Origin: a virus
Lineage: Duplodnaviria; Caudoviricetes
IMG/VR virus record: IMGVR_UViG_3300032225_000423
Span: 1-28,454 of that record
Reading direction: 5' to 3' (one strand)
DNA: 28,454 bases
Below the pieces are notes generated by a model. The model did no database searches, was not told the DNA's origin, and saw nothing but the letters and a program-made list of their open reading frames with translations. Shown piece after piece: positions 1-8,849 of the stretch (position 1 is its first letter; each line of letters starts with the position of its first letter). The translations under genes were made by a program, and so were the position numbers.

Positions 1-12
1 ACTAACTCCTAT

Positions 13-1056
13 TTAACCGAAAGACCGTAGCGCATTGGCTATCACGGCCCGCCGGTCGGTTTGATTGATGACGGGGTTTGCGCTGCCACCAGGTGCGCCG
101 CGCACACTTACCGCCGCTGTTCTTGCTCTCTGCACTTGGGCCTGCGCCTGCGACTGTTGTTGCTGTTGAGCATACAAACTTTGCGCTAACTGCGGATCAA
201 GCCTAACTGCCGTGTCATATGCCAATTGCAATTTCTCGCGCTCAGACATATGACTTGTGTCCCCTAAAACCTGTGGCGCTTGGAGAAGCTGCAACATCCG
301 GTCGGAAACCGCCTCAAAGTGCAGATTTGCGGGGTCGCTCGCAAACTGCTGGATAACAGAGAGTGCCCTGTTTTCGTTCAATTTCTGCGCTTGGTACTGC
401 TGCTGCGTGATGTGTTGCGTCAGTTGCTGTACTTGTTGCGCGAGATCATTGTAATGCGAATCTTGCTGAACCGGTGCAACCCCGCCTAAATGGGCAGAAA
501 CTTGGTCAATCGGAATCTGAAACTGCTGGATCATGTGGGCCACGGCTTGGCTTTTTTGCGCCGGTGTGCCCGTTCGCAGCAGGGCCGCAGTCTGCAAAAG
601 GGGAGCAATTGCCTGCGCTGGCGTAGTGTTTTCGTTCCGCAGAATCCACTCATAAGGGGCAAATTGCTCGGTGATGGCCCGTGCCTCGGCATCCCGTGTT
701 TTGTATTGGCTGATGCCCTTTTCATAGTCGGCATCGCGCTGGGCAAAGGCTTGTTGCAGTTCGGGCGGGGCTTTTTCCCAATGGTCTTTCAGTTCCAACC
801 GCAGGGATTTAGGCATCTCCACCCGAGGTTTTTCGGGCGTATTTGGCGCTTGTGTTTCGCTAGTTGGGAATTTGGGCGCAAATTTGCCCTTATCGCGGGG
901 CTGGCTTGGTTTGCCTTGATTTTCAGAGTCAGATGATGTTTTTGCCAATGCCTCGCGGATCGTATCGGCACGGCTTTGCGGCTCGGCTGGCGCGGGCGCT
1001 TCGGGCGCTGGATTTACTTCGTTCGTGTCGGGTGCGACAACTTCGTTTTCCATCAT
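13..1056 (-). CDS. Capsid scaffolding protein (putative)
   Basis: 347 aa with an acidic/Pro-rich N-terminus, an RDKGKF motif and a Gln-rich helical body. It lies downstream of the portal and is followed by an AGGAG RBS at the window edge, the expected position of the capsid gene. Confidence 0.75.
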   Translation of the reverse strand: MMENEVVAPDTNEVNPAPEAPAPAEPQSRADTIREALAKTSSDSENQGKPSQPRDKGKFAPKFPTSETQAPNTPEKPRVEMPKSLRLELKDHWEKAPPELQQAFAQRDADYEKGISQYKTRDAEARAITEQFAPYEWILRNENTTPAQAIAPLLQTAALLRTGTPAQKSQAVAHMIQQFQIPIDQVSAHLGGVAPVQQDSHYNDLAQQVQQLTQHITQQQYQAQKLNENRALSVIQQFASDPANLHFEAVSDRMLQLLQAPQVLGDTSHMSEREKLQLAYDTAVRLDPQLAQSLYAQQQQQSQAQAQVQRARTAAVSVRGAPGGSANPVINQTDRRAVIANALRSFG

Positions 1057-1475
1057 TTCATCCTTTTCATTTGGTCGAGGGTCATTTTGATCATTTCCTT
1101 GCGCTCGGGCGGCGGGCGGTTGTGCAACCGATTCGCCATTTCCACGTTCAAGTTGCTGCGCTGCACCGGCGCAATTGGTGCGCCTGGGCGGTCAAACTCT
1201 TGCACCCGTGCCACTTGTCCACGCAAGCGGGCGGTGTGAGCCTCTTTTTTCTTTTGCCATTCTTTTTGCGCGTACTTGACATCCGAATGGCCCATCTCAA
1301 TGGTATCGGTTGCCTTCAGATGTTCGCGCCATTGGGAACGGCCCATGATCATCTTGCCATCGGGCGAACGAAAAGGCTCAATGTCGCCAAAGACCATCAT
1401 GCGGTCAGCAGGCGACCCCATGCTTTTCTCATAAGGCTCTGAGCCGTCAGACGGGAAAACCCATGTTTCTTTCAT
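1053..1475 (-). CDS. Conserved hypothetical head-module protein
   Basis: 140 aa with ATGA overlaps at both ends; the DIEPFRSP..GRSQWREHLK motif is familiar from podophage head regions. Confidence 0.7.
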   Translation of the reverse strand: MKETWVFPSDGSEPYEKSMGSPADRMMVFGDIEPFRSPDGKMIMGRSQWREHLKATDTIEMGHSDVKYAQKEWQKKKEAHTARLRGQVARVQEFDRPGAPIAPVQRSNLNVEMANRLHNRPPPERKEMIKMTLDQMKRMK

Positions 1476-1834
1476 AGCATTTCCAGTAAGTGTGCGATTT
1501 CTTCTTCATCACGCTGCAATCTTATCCTAAATTCAAGCTGCCTTACTTTTTCCATTAGGGCGGCGTAATCAATTGGGTCACGGGCGGCAATCTCGATGGC
1601 TTGGATAGGGGCGCTGGTTATTTCTTCGCGTTCTTCGGGCGGCAAACCAAACAGAGCCTCGCGCAGCTTTTCTTTGCGTTGAAGTTCAGCCCGCCGGTCA
1701 GCGTCCCATTGTTCGCCACGCTTTTTCTCATCAAACCCAAAGTGCCCACCAAGCGGAATTTCAACTATTGGCGGCGGCGCATTTGCCGCAAGCGTGTTAA
1801 ACGGGAGGGCGCAAAAGGCTGAAAAGCCAAACAT
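1472..1834 (-). CDS. Hypothetical protein (MFGFSAF-type N-terminus), probably virion-associated
   Basis: 120 aa, abuts both neighbours in the operon; hydrophobic N-terminus and charged helical C-terminus. Confidence 0.65.
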   Translation of the reverse strand: MFGFSAFCALPFNTLAANAPPPIVEIPLGGHFGFDEKKRGEQWDADRRAELQRKEKLREALFGLPPEEREEITSAPIQAIEIAARDPIDYAALMEKVRQLEFRIRLQRDEEEIAHLLEML

Positions 1835-2881
1835 TTACGCGCCCCATTTGGCGGCAAGTCCATCGGCATAGGTCTTGTTCACAATGTCTGTGGCGTTAGA
1901 TGGGGCGGTAGAAACCGTGCCGGTGGTCAATGCAACAGAAGTGATATCAGTATTTGCGCCGCTTGTGGCAAATCCAGTTATTGCGCCGCCAAGAGTCAAA
2001 CTTCCCGAATTGGTGACCGTGCCTGATAGCGTTAATCCGCTTACTGTTCCTGTGCCGCTGACCGATGTCACGCTACCGCTATTTGGCGTTACCCAAGATG
2101 GCGCGGTGGTGGCATTGCTTTGCAAGACTTGACCGGCTGTTCCAACTTGCCCATTGAATGCAATCGATCCATTGGTGTTTATGGTCATTGCGTCTGTCGT
2201 ATTGACAGCGCCGTAAGTGATAAAACTGATTTTTTGATTGTCCCAACTACCCAAAACCAAAGGGCCACCATACGATTCGACAAAACTTGCCAGCGGGGTT
2301 GAAAAGCCGTTGTTGGGGTAACCCGCAGCCGAATAGCTATAGTTTGAATTGTTTATTCCCAATTCAGCATATGCCGTGTGCCCGCCATCGTTGACCGCAT
2401 AGCTTGCATATGATGTGTTGGCGGTGCTTGTGTTTTGTAGGCTGGTGTACAAATAAAGCGGCTCACTTGCGGTGAATCCTGCAATAACGCCGGAATCGGT
2501 GTGTGATGTTGCGTTTCCTACATTCAAAGACCCCACATCAGTTACGCCTGATGTGTAAGGTATCAAAACACGGTTATTCGCATCTTGATTTACTGATTTT
2601 TCGGCAGGATAAGACACAAACACATCTTTTGTGCCTACGCCAAAAACAATCTTGCTGCCGGTGCTGGATGAAATAACCGTGTCGCGGGTCAATGTGCCTG
2701 CTGAGTACGTTCCGATGCCGACTTCCCATTGGGAATCAATCGTGATTGTGTAATAGGTAGTATTCCCGTTGCCTATTGCGGCAAATGACTGAAAGCCGGT
2801 GACCGAGCCATCCAGCGTGAATGTGCCCGATCCGGTTGTCGTGGATGTCTGTCTGACCCGATCCGCGAGGACAAGGCTCAT
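1835..2881 (-). CDS. Fibre-like virion protein
   Basis: 348 aa, Thr/Ser/Gly-rich. It has an LVLADRVRQT N-terminus, GTVTSV-like repeats and a DIVNKTYAD fibre-type motif. Confidence 0.7.
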   Translation of the reverse strand: MSLVLADRVRQTSTTTGSGTFTLDGSVTGFQSFAAIGNGNTTYYTITIDSQWEVGIGTYSAGTLTRDTVISSSTGSKIVFGVGTKDVFVSYPAEKSVNQDANNRVLIPYTSGVTDVGSLNVGNATSHTDSGVIAGFTASEPLYLYTSLQNTSTANTSYASYAVNDGGHTAYAELGINNSNYSYSAAGYPNNGFSTPLASFVESYGGPLVLGSWDNQKISFITYGAVNTTDAMTINTNGSIAFNGQVGTAGQVLQSNATTAPSWVTPNSGSVTSVSGTGTVSGLTLSGTVTNSGSLTLGGAITGFATSGANTDITSVALTTGTVSTAPSNATDIVNKTYADGLAAKWGA

Positions 2882-5196
2882 TGGACGGCCTCCACGCCCA
2901 CAACCAGCCCATCAGGGCCGCGAATGACCCGCTTAGGCGCATTCAGCCGTTGCATGGCAGCGCCAATGTTTTGCATGGTTTCGCCGTGCATATTTGCCAT
3001 TTGGTCATGCATCATGGCAATTTTTTCCATTGCTTGCATGATCGGCGGGGCTAAATCTTGCGTAAGCTGTGCAGCCGCTGCATCAATGACCGGCAAGTCA
3101 AGGCCAGGGTTGTTTGCCATTCGCGCAACCGTGATCTTAGTTGCTGCTTCCAGTTCGGCTTTCCATCGTTCATATTCTTCCTTGCCAGCCATTTCACGGG
3201 CTTTTATCTGCAATTCGTTATTTTGCTTGGTGGTTTCAAAATCGGCCTTCATTTGCGCCAATTGCATTTCGGCTTGCACCTTGGCTTGGTGCATTTGCAT
3301 TTCAAGCTGCGCCTTGCCCTGTTCGATTTGGGCTTGCGCCTGCATCTTCATTTGCTCAGTCTGCGCCTGCGCTTGCATCTTCATCTGTTCCGCTTGCTGG
3401 TCAGCTTGCAATTGCAGCATCTCCGGTGACGGGCCAGGCTGTTGCTGTTTAGCCATTGCCGCCTTTTCTTCCAAGGCTTTCATGGCGCGTTCGACTGCGC
3501 TTTCCAACCCGCGACCAGCGCGGAACCGGCGCACCAAGAACAGCAGCATCTCAGATGCCATCGGCAGAGTTTCGGGCGCTTGGCTAATCATGGGGATTGC
3601 CTCACGCAAGAAAAGTCCAATGGCTTGGATGGCCTCTTGTGCGCCTTGTTTCTCTGCCTGTTCGTCAATCTGCGCCAAGCTGTCGGCCTCAACCGCAATG
3701 TGAAAGTCGCGGATCGTGCTGTTGGACAGCATTTGGATGGCGGCTTGCAGCAATTGCGGGTTTTGCCCATCGGGTGTGTCCATCACGCCGGACATCTGCA
3801 AAATCAGTTCGGGCGGGTAGAACTTGCAGATTACTTGCGCTTTCAGCTTGAAGATGTCAGACGCAAACCGCGCCACATCGCCTTGGCTGCTACGCATCCG
3901 CAAGCTGCCAAAGTTTGCCTTTAGCTGCTGTGCGCCAAGAGTTTCTTGGGCTTTGGACGCGCCGCGCAGGATGTCCGAAATGCCCATGATTTCGTAGATG
4001 GCCTGCTTGACCTGTTCCCGTGCGGCGTACAGTTCCCGCAAAGTCATAATGATGGTTGAGGTGTCCATCATGTCGATAGCGCCCTTTAGACCGCCCTTTT
4101 CCGACATTGCCGCCCATGCGGTCACGGGGAATAGCTTGTTGTCCACGCCTTCGGTAAACAACCGGCCCAATTCCTTAAATTCTGCATTGAACACGCCGAC
4201 CGCTTTGCAGGCTTTGGTCAGCAAGTAAATGCGTTGGGTCAGATTGTCCAGTTCCTGCGCTTGGTCTTCGTACTCAGCATAGTCCGGCACGGGGATCATC
4301 GTCCCTGTGGTGGTGGTCGCCATCAGCGGGCGCGGGCATGGGAAGAATTCTTCCAATTCCAGCGGGTCATCGCGCTCATCTAACGCCTGTGGATAACCTT
4401 TGGCAATCCAACAGACCTTACCGGTGCGCTTGTTCCAAATCTCAAACACCTTGGCTTTTTTGTCATAGGTGTTCTTGGCGGTCATTGGATTTTTGGCATC
4501 CATGTCCGTGTTGCTGCTGTCTAAGCCCACGTTTTTGAAGACATCGCCAAAACGCTCAATGCCTTCGTCTTTGGTCATGTAGACGGCGCGGGAAACCCAC
4601 CACACTTCGTCCCATGTGCGGGCTGGGCTATGCAAGAAATCTGTCCAATAGACGTAATCGATAGGGCTGTGAGCCGCATCAATGCGCTCTGTTGGCTCCT
4701 CTTGCGTGTTGTAAATCTGAGCCTCGCCTGGCTCCTCTACTTCTACAGCGCCTTCGCTTACTTCGGGCTGTTCATTGACGATTACCGGCTCATAGCGAAT
4801 CCATGCCGTACCTCGCCCAGGCAACAATCGGTCTTCCACCGCGCCGCGCATGGCTTGGTCAAAGTCGCCAAATTGGGTGGTTTCGTACTCCATGACCCGT
4901 TCCAACATCGTGGATGCCAACCGACCTACAGGGTCTTGATCCATGTATCGACGGGAAACTTCGGGTTTGGCCTGCCTCCCGTACAACGCAGGAAACAGCA
5001 CCTGGATGTTTGACCACAGGATGTTGTAGCGCACACGGGGCATTTCCACCGCATCGCGCTCATCCCGATAGCGTTTGACGATCTTATGCCCGCGCTTTTC
5101 CCACTTCTCAAAGACCTTTTGCGCGGCCTCTATTTGGTCGTGCCAATATGGGCCAGGGTCATCGCCCTCATACGCACCCATTTCTTGATAAGCCAT
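2878..5196 (-). CDS. Portal protein with long Gln/Met-rich C-terminal coiled coil (P22-like barrel)
   Basis: 772 aa, two genes after TerL; YNILWSNIQVL, GRGTAWIRY and GISDILRG segments; coiled-coil C-terminus. Confidence 0.88.
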   Translation of the reverse strand: MAYQEMGAYEGDDPGPYWHDQIEAAQKVFEKWEKRGHKIVKRYRDERDAVEMPRVRYNILWSNIQVLFPALYGRQAKPEVSRRYMDQDPVGRLASTMLERVMEYETTQFGDFDQAMRGAVEDRLLPGRGTAWIRYEPVIVNEQPEVSEGAVEVEEPGEAQIYNTQEEPTERIDAAHSPIDYVYWTDFLHSPARTWDEVWWVSRAVYMTKDEGIERFGDVFKNVGLDSSNTDMDAKNPMTAKNTYDKKAKVFEIWNKRTGKVCWIAKGYPQALDERDDPLELEEFFPCPRPLMATTTTGTMIPVPDYAEYEDQAQELDNLTQRIYLLTKACKAVGVFNAEFKELGRLFTEGVDNKLFPVTAWAAMSEKGGLKGAIDMMDTSTIIMTLRELYAAREQVKQAIYEIMGISDILRGASKAQETLGAQQLKANFGSLRMRSSQGDVARFASDIFKLKAQVICKFYPPELILQMSGVMDTPDGQNPQLLQAAIQMLSNSTIRDFHIAVEADSLAQIDEQAEKQGAQEAIQAIGLFLREAIPMISQAPETLPMASEMLLFLVRRFRAGRGLESAVERAMKALEEKAAMAKQQQPGPSPEMLQLQADQQAEQMKMQAQAQTEQMKMQAQAQIEQGKAQLEMQMHQAKVQAEMQLAQMKADFETTKQNNELQIKAREMAGKEEYERWKAELEAATKITVARMANNPGLDLPVIDAAAAQLTQDLAPPIMQAMEKIAMMHDQMANMHGETMQNIGAAMQRLNAPKRVIRGPDGLVVGVEAVQ

Positions 5197-5474
5197 TAGC
5201 TACCCGCAGCAAAGAAGAATGTCACATCCAATGCGCTGCCGCCAATCGTAGCGTAAAGGCTTGCGCCCACATTGGCAGGGAATCGGTGAAACCCGATGGC
5301 GGGCGTGATCGTGCCCGACATCACATCACCGCTTGCGCCGCCATTGCGTAGCACCAAAGTGCCCACGGTTGTGTTGTTAACGTAAAAGCCAATCAATTGG
5401 CAAGGGCCGGTGCTGACTGCGCCGGTTGCTGTGATGTTCTTGTATCCACCGACTTCTGCTACGGGTTGGCTCAT
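5196..5474 (-). CDS. Small beta-rich putative virion protein
   Basis: 92 aa, Gly/Thr-rich, coupled between TerL and the portal. Confidence 0.65.
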   Translation of the reverse strand: MSQPVAEVGGYKNITATGAVSTGPCQLIGFYVNNTTVGTLVLRNGGASGDVMSGTITPAIGFHRFPANVGASLYATIGGSALDVTFFFAAGS

Positions 5475-6793
5475 ATGCGTTCTCCACGATGTCGTTGCGT
5501 ATCATATTCCCACAATTCATCCATTGTGATGGTTTGCAGGGTCTTGCCCTTGGGCGGCGTTTGATCTCTCGCCTCTTGCCTATAGGCGACTGCAAGCATT
5601 CTAAAGGCATCCGCTGGGTGCGAACACCAATCATGGCGGGGATTTTGTCGAAATGCTTTCTTGTCTTCGTCGTATTCCCGCTGATATTGGCGCAGCGCCT
5701 CTAGCCCATCCTCGCAACTTGGGTCGAAATAGCACCTTGGCAGCACCATCCTGACCGCTTGGATGCCGTCTTGGATGCCAATCTCAGGCACGATTGCCAG
5801 TTTGCTCATGCCGCCAAGGTGCGCCGCAAGCTGTTCAACAATGGATTTGCCGCCCGATGCCAACGTCTTTGCCCGTGCGTCATGCGGTAGATAGTGCTTG
5901 GTGTACCGATAGCCCTTGTCGATTACCACTTGGGCTATGTCCTCAATGCCTGCGCCGCTTACGGCGTAATAGTCCATGACCCTGATCTCGCCTCGGATCA
6001 CTTGGTAGAACCAAATGGCGGTGTCATCTCGATAGCCTAAGTCCCAGGCGGTGTAGACCGGCGCGTCGACATCAAATGGCAATTCTCTGATTCGGCCTTC
6101 ATCTTGTGCTTGGCGCATCTCTTGCCCATAGAAAGCGCCCATAATTGCCGCATCAAAGCTGCATTCATATTCTTGGTCGTATTGGTCTTGGCTCAATTGT
6201 TCCCGCGCCGCCACCAATTCTGATTCGGGCAGGATTTTGCTTACAGTTGCCGGTAGACGCAACAGAAACCAATCGGGCGTGTTTTGGCTGACCTTGTAGA
6301 TGTCGTGAAATTGGTTTTTACCCTTGGGAGTGCCACCAAACACCGCCCAACCTAGCCGGTCGGACAGCGTAGGCCGGATCACATTACCCCAAACGCTAGG
6401 CCGAAAGTCGCCATATTCGTCAAGATAGACCCCATTGAAACCCATTCCGCGCATGGCATCGGCATTGTCCCCGCCAAACAGCATGATCTTTGCGCCATTG
6501 ATCAGTTCCACCATCAGGTCGGATTCATTTGTTGTGCTGGTGATAGGCGCGGCGTAAAACTTGAGGTAATCCCATGCCACGCGCTTGGCCTGGCTGCGGA
6601 ACGGGGCAATGTAAGCATATTGGGCGCTGCGGTTGCCTTCTGTGATTGCCCGCTTAATCACATCATTGATTGCCGCCACGGTCTTACCGGCCCTTCGATG
6701 TGCAACCAAACATGACCAGCGGGTCGTGCGGTTGTGGAACGGCATAAATGCGTCCCTTGGGGAATACGGCAGGATTATTTCCCGTTTGCCCAT
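5471..6793 (-). CDS. terL: Terminase large subunit
   Basis: Walker A VAHRRAGKT, Walker B VYLDEY, coupling motif GTPKG; RNase H-like nuclease motifs WDLG..DDTAIW and SHPADAFR. Confidence 0.96.
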   Translation of the reverse strand: MGKREIILPYSPRDAFMPFHNRTTRWSCLVAHRRAGKTVAAINDVIKRAITEGNRSAQYAYIAPFRSQAKRVAWDYLKFYAAPITSTTNESDLMVELINGAKIMLFGGDNADAMRGMGFNGVYLDEYGDFRPSVWGNVIRPTLSDRLGWAVFGGTPKGKNQFHDIYKVSQNTPDWFLLRLPATVSKILPESELVAAREQLSQDQYDQEYECSFDAAIMGAFYGQEMRQAQDEGRIRELPFDVDAPVYTAWDLGYRDDTAIWFYQVIRGEIRVMDYYAVSGAGIEDIAQVVIDKGYRYTKHYLPHDARAKTLASGGKSIVEQLAAHLGGMSKLAIVPEIGIQDGIQAVRMVLPRCYFDPSCEDGLEALRQYQREYDEDKKAFRQNPRHDWCSHPADAFRMLAVAYRQEARDQTPPKGKTLQTITMDELWEYDTQRHRGERI

Positions 6794-7092
6794 GTCACAA
6801 CCATTTCCACCGGCCCTTGGTCTGCGCCTGTGACTTCTGTTCTCGCCAGCTTAGGCACATGGTATTCCACCACCGATTGAAACAGTTCAAACGCTTTTGC
6901 CGGATTGGGCTTGATGTCATGGCTTGGATCGCCATAAGCGACCGTATCAAGCCATTCGGTCAATCTATGGGCATTGCCATCAACAAACAGCGCAATCGCC
7001 TCACGCGCCTGTTGTGTGGCCTTGTTGGGCGTTCCACCCGTGCGACCGCCCGTTTTCTTTCTAGTTTTTCCTACTTTAGATTCTGAAGTCAT
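6775..7092 (-). CDS. terS: Terminase small subunit
   Basis: 105 aa immediately upstream of TerL; KTGGR.GGTPNK N-terminal motif and EVTGADQGP C-terminal motif. Confidence 0.75.
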   Translation of the reverse strand: MTSESKVGKTRKKTGGRTGGTPNKATQQAREAIALFVDGNAHRLTEWLDTVAYGDPSHDIKPNPAKAFELFQSVVEYHVPKLARTEVTGADQGPVEMVVTWANGK

Positions 7093-7106
7093 AAAGAACC
7101 CATTCT

Positions 7107-7256
7107 TTATTTCTTTTTAGTCTGTTGTGCTTTGGCTTTGTCAGCCTTGTTGAATTCCTTGGCAACCTTTACCGTAATGCCTGCCATTTTTGCAAATTTA
7201 GGGTTGTGGGCGGCGGCTGCCATGAATTTGGCTTGTTTGCTGCTAGTGCTCGGCAT
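7107..7256 (-). CDS. Small Lys/Ala-rich basic protein (49 aa; not in ORF track)
   Basis: Hand translation MPSTSSKQAKFMAAAAHNPKFAKMAGITVKVAKEFNKADKAKAQQTKKK; AAGGA RBS upstream; fills the gap between the glycosyltransferase and TerS. Confidence 0.8.
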   Translation of the reverse strand: MPSTSSKQAKFMAAAAHNPKFAKMAGITVKVAKEFNKADKAKAQQTKKK

Positions 7257-7926
7257 ATGCGTCCTTCATGTGAATCAAGCCGTTTAGCATCCGGCTCTTT
7301 GTGTTGAACCAAGGTTTACTGTAATCGCAATCGGCGTAGTGGTCAAATTCCGGTATGCCCAGCGTAAAGTGAGCAATCTTTGTCCGCAAATGGTCGTGTT
7401 CACCTACCAACACGTTCCATTCCCTTGGCAAATCGCCAATCAATGAGTCGGGCAACCATTGAAATCGGTGCAGTTCTTCGCCTGTGCTTTCCTCAATGAA
7501 TTCGGGTGTCAGTACCCGATTGCGCGGGTGTTCGCAGTTCCAAAGCACCATGCTTGACCAGTTTTTCCTTGGGTAGTCGCCGTTTTTGGCCTCCATCGGA
7601 GTTCCGATGTACTTCTTTGGGTGTTTGGTCTGATAGTCGTGCTTGACCACCTGGACGGCATAGCGCGGGTCAAACAGGCTTTCTAAGTCTTCAATGTCTG
7701 CCAGCATGAGCATATCTGAGCCATCCAAGAATATGGCTTTACCGCGATATCCACACAAAAATGGGACTAAAAACCGTTGATAAGTGAATGCATTTGTGCC
7801 GTCCCGCTGCTTTCCCGACAAGGGCGTGATGCTGACCAATCCCTTAGTGCGTTCTATGATCGATTGGCAAAATACATGGTAACCAACGGCCTCCCGAGGG
7901 TCGTATCCTGCAAATATGCGGATCAT
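7243..7926 (-). CDS. GT-A fold glycosyltransferase (GT8-like, plant CDI-like)
   Basis: IFAGYDPRE, FTYQRFLVP, a DxD-like motif (FLDGSDML), YPRKNWSS, EWNVLVGE and HFTLG motifs. Confidence 0.85.
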   Translation of the reverse strand: MIRIFAGYDPREAVGYHVFCQSIIERTKGLVSITPLSGKQRDGTNAFTYQRFLVPFLCGYRGKAIFLDGSDMLMLADIEDLESLFDPRYAVQVVKHDYQTKHPKKYIGTPMEAKNGDYPRKNWSSMVLWNCEHPRNRVLTPEFIEESTGEELHRFQWLPDSLIGDLPREWNVLVGEHDHLRTKIAHFTLGIPEFDHYADCDYSKPWFNTKSRMLNGLIHMKDAYAEH

Positions 7927-8279
7927 TTGAGGGTCAGGCGGTAAATCGTAGCGTCCACCAGCGCGGCAATTTCGTCCACGATGTTTTGCAATTGGGATTC
8001 TTCCGGCAATGCCACCCGATTCTTTTCGATGTAAGTTTTAAGGCTTGCCATGTACTTCTGCGGGTCTTTGGCGTTGTGGAAGTTTTCGGGATAGTCCTTG
8101 ATCTTTTCGTAACAGCCAGCGTAAGCCTCGGCAAAATCATCGGTCAACTCAATGATTTCGGGGTAATACTTGCCCAATGCTTTGTGCGTTGCATAAGAAT
8201 CGGTTGCCAAATGCATGAAATGGGTGACCGTGCCGCTGTGCAGCATGGTCGAAATAAAGTCCGCGACATTGTTTTTCAT
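7923..8279 (-). CDS. Ferritin/Dps-like four-helix protein (DUF5856-like)
   Basis: HFMHLATDSYATHKALGKYY...DDFAEAY and LQNIVDEI...IYRL pattern; AAGGA RBS. Confidence 0.75.
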   Translation of the reverse strand: MKNNVADFISTMLHSGTVTHFMHLATDSYATHKALGKYYPEIIELTDDFAEAYAGCYEKIKDYPENFHNAKDPQKYMASLKTYIEKNRVALPEESQLQNIVDEIAALVDATIYRLTLK

Positions 8280-8447
8280 GGTTGTCCTTTAAGTTGTCGG
8301 TTGATCGCCTCTCTCATTCAATCACATTTCGCCCAATATACGTTAGGGTTAGAGGTACGCTACTTGGGATTTACTTGGGGTTGGCCTACCAACTTGAATT
8401 TCCCTCAGTCGCCGTATGCCTACGACTCTTTTCAATCTTGCTAACAC

Positions 8448-8526
8448 CAACACGGCTGGGTACTGGCCTGTTCTTGCGGCTCCGTCTATCACAGCAATAT
8501 GCCGAGACCAATCCCCATGCGTGTTG
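8448..8526 (-). ncRNA. Structured RNA element (long hairpin) in the putative late leader
   Basis: Stems CAACACG/CGUGUUG and GGGGAUUGG/CCAGUACCC are separated by a 3x3 internal loop, with an inner CGGC/GCCG stem. A U-G pair favours the minus strand. It starts about 8 nt after a TACAAT box. Confidence 0.6.
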
Positions 8527-8531
8527 ACACC

Positions 8532-8849
8532 TTAATTGTAAGGCAATGGAACGTCTTTAGGCCACAGGCCCGCGCTGGTTAATGCGTCCACCGTCTTTTG
8601 ATGCGCCTGATTCCATAGCTGTTGGCGTTCATTTTTGTCCAAATTTGCGCCTTGGTCAATCTCAAAATGGCAATGTAGGCACAGCGCAGCCACCAAATTA
8701 TCGTCGGCCTTGATGCCCCGACCCTTGCCGCCGCCCCAATTTGTGTGTGCGGCCTGCACCATTTCGCCCGATCCGCAGCATTGGCAGTCAAGGCTTGCCA
8801 CTAATTTCAGCAATTTTTTGCTTCTGACGTATTCGTGTTTTTTCAGCAA
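8532..8849 (-). CDS. His-Me/HNH-like nuclease (DUF968/DUF1364/Ref-like)
   Basis: CQCCG...QAAH...KGRGIKADD..AALCLHCH..ID pattern; nin-region position. Confidence 0.75.
   Translation of the reverse strand: MLKKHEYVRSKKLLKLVASLDCQCCGSGEMVQAAHTNWGGGKGRGIKADDNLVAALCLHCHFEIDQGANLDKNERQQLWNQAHQKTVDALTSAGLWPKDVPLPYN
8535..8563 (-). promoter_or_regulatory. Putative late promoter (-10 TACAAT, non-consensus -35 GGCCTA)
   Basis: TACAAT at 8540-8535 lies at the start of a 250-bp intergenic region preceding the packaging/head operon. Confidence 0.4.

Noticed and set aside
2924-3703. 259-aa plus-strand ORF rich in Cys/Ile/Ala
   Set aside because: Antisense shadow of the Gln/Met/Ala-rich portal coiled coil. 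The same applies to the many plus-strand ORFs opposite structural genes.
8282-8527. 81-aa plus-strand ORF and a ~32-codon minus-strand ORF in the gap
   Set aside because: No RBS, non-ATG starts and no motifs; the stems explain the region better.
8282-8530. Possible tRNA gene as a substrate for the TGT-like enzyme
   Set aside because: No cloverleaf or canonical T-arm found by eye here or at 12421-12540; tRNAscan was not run.
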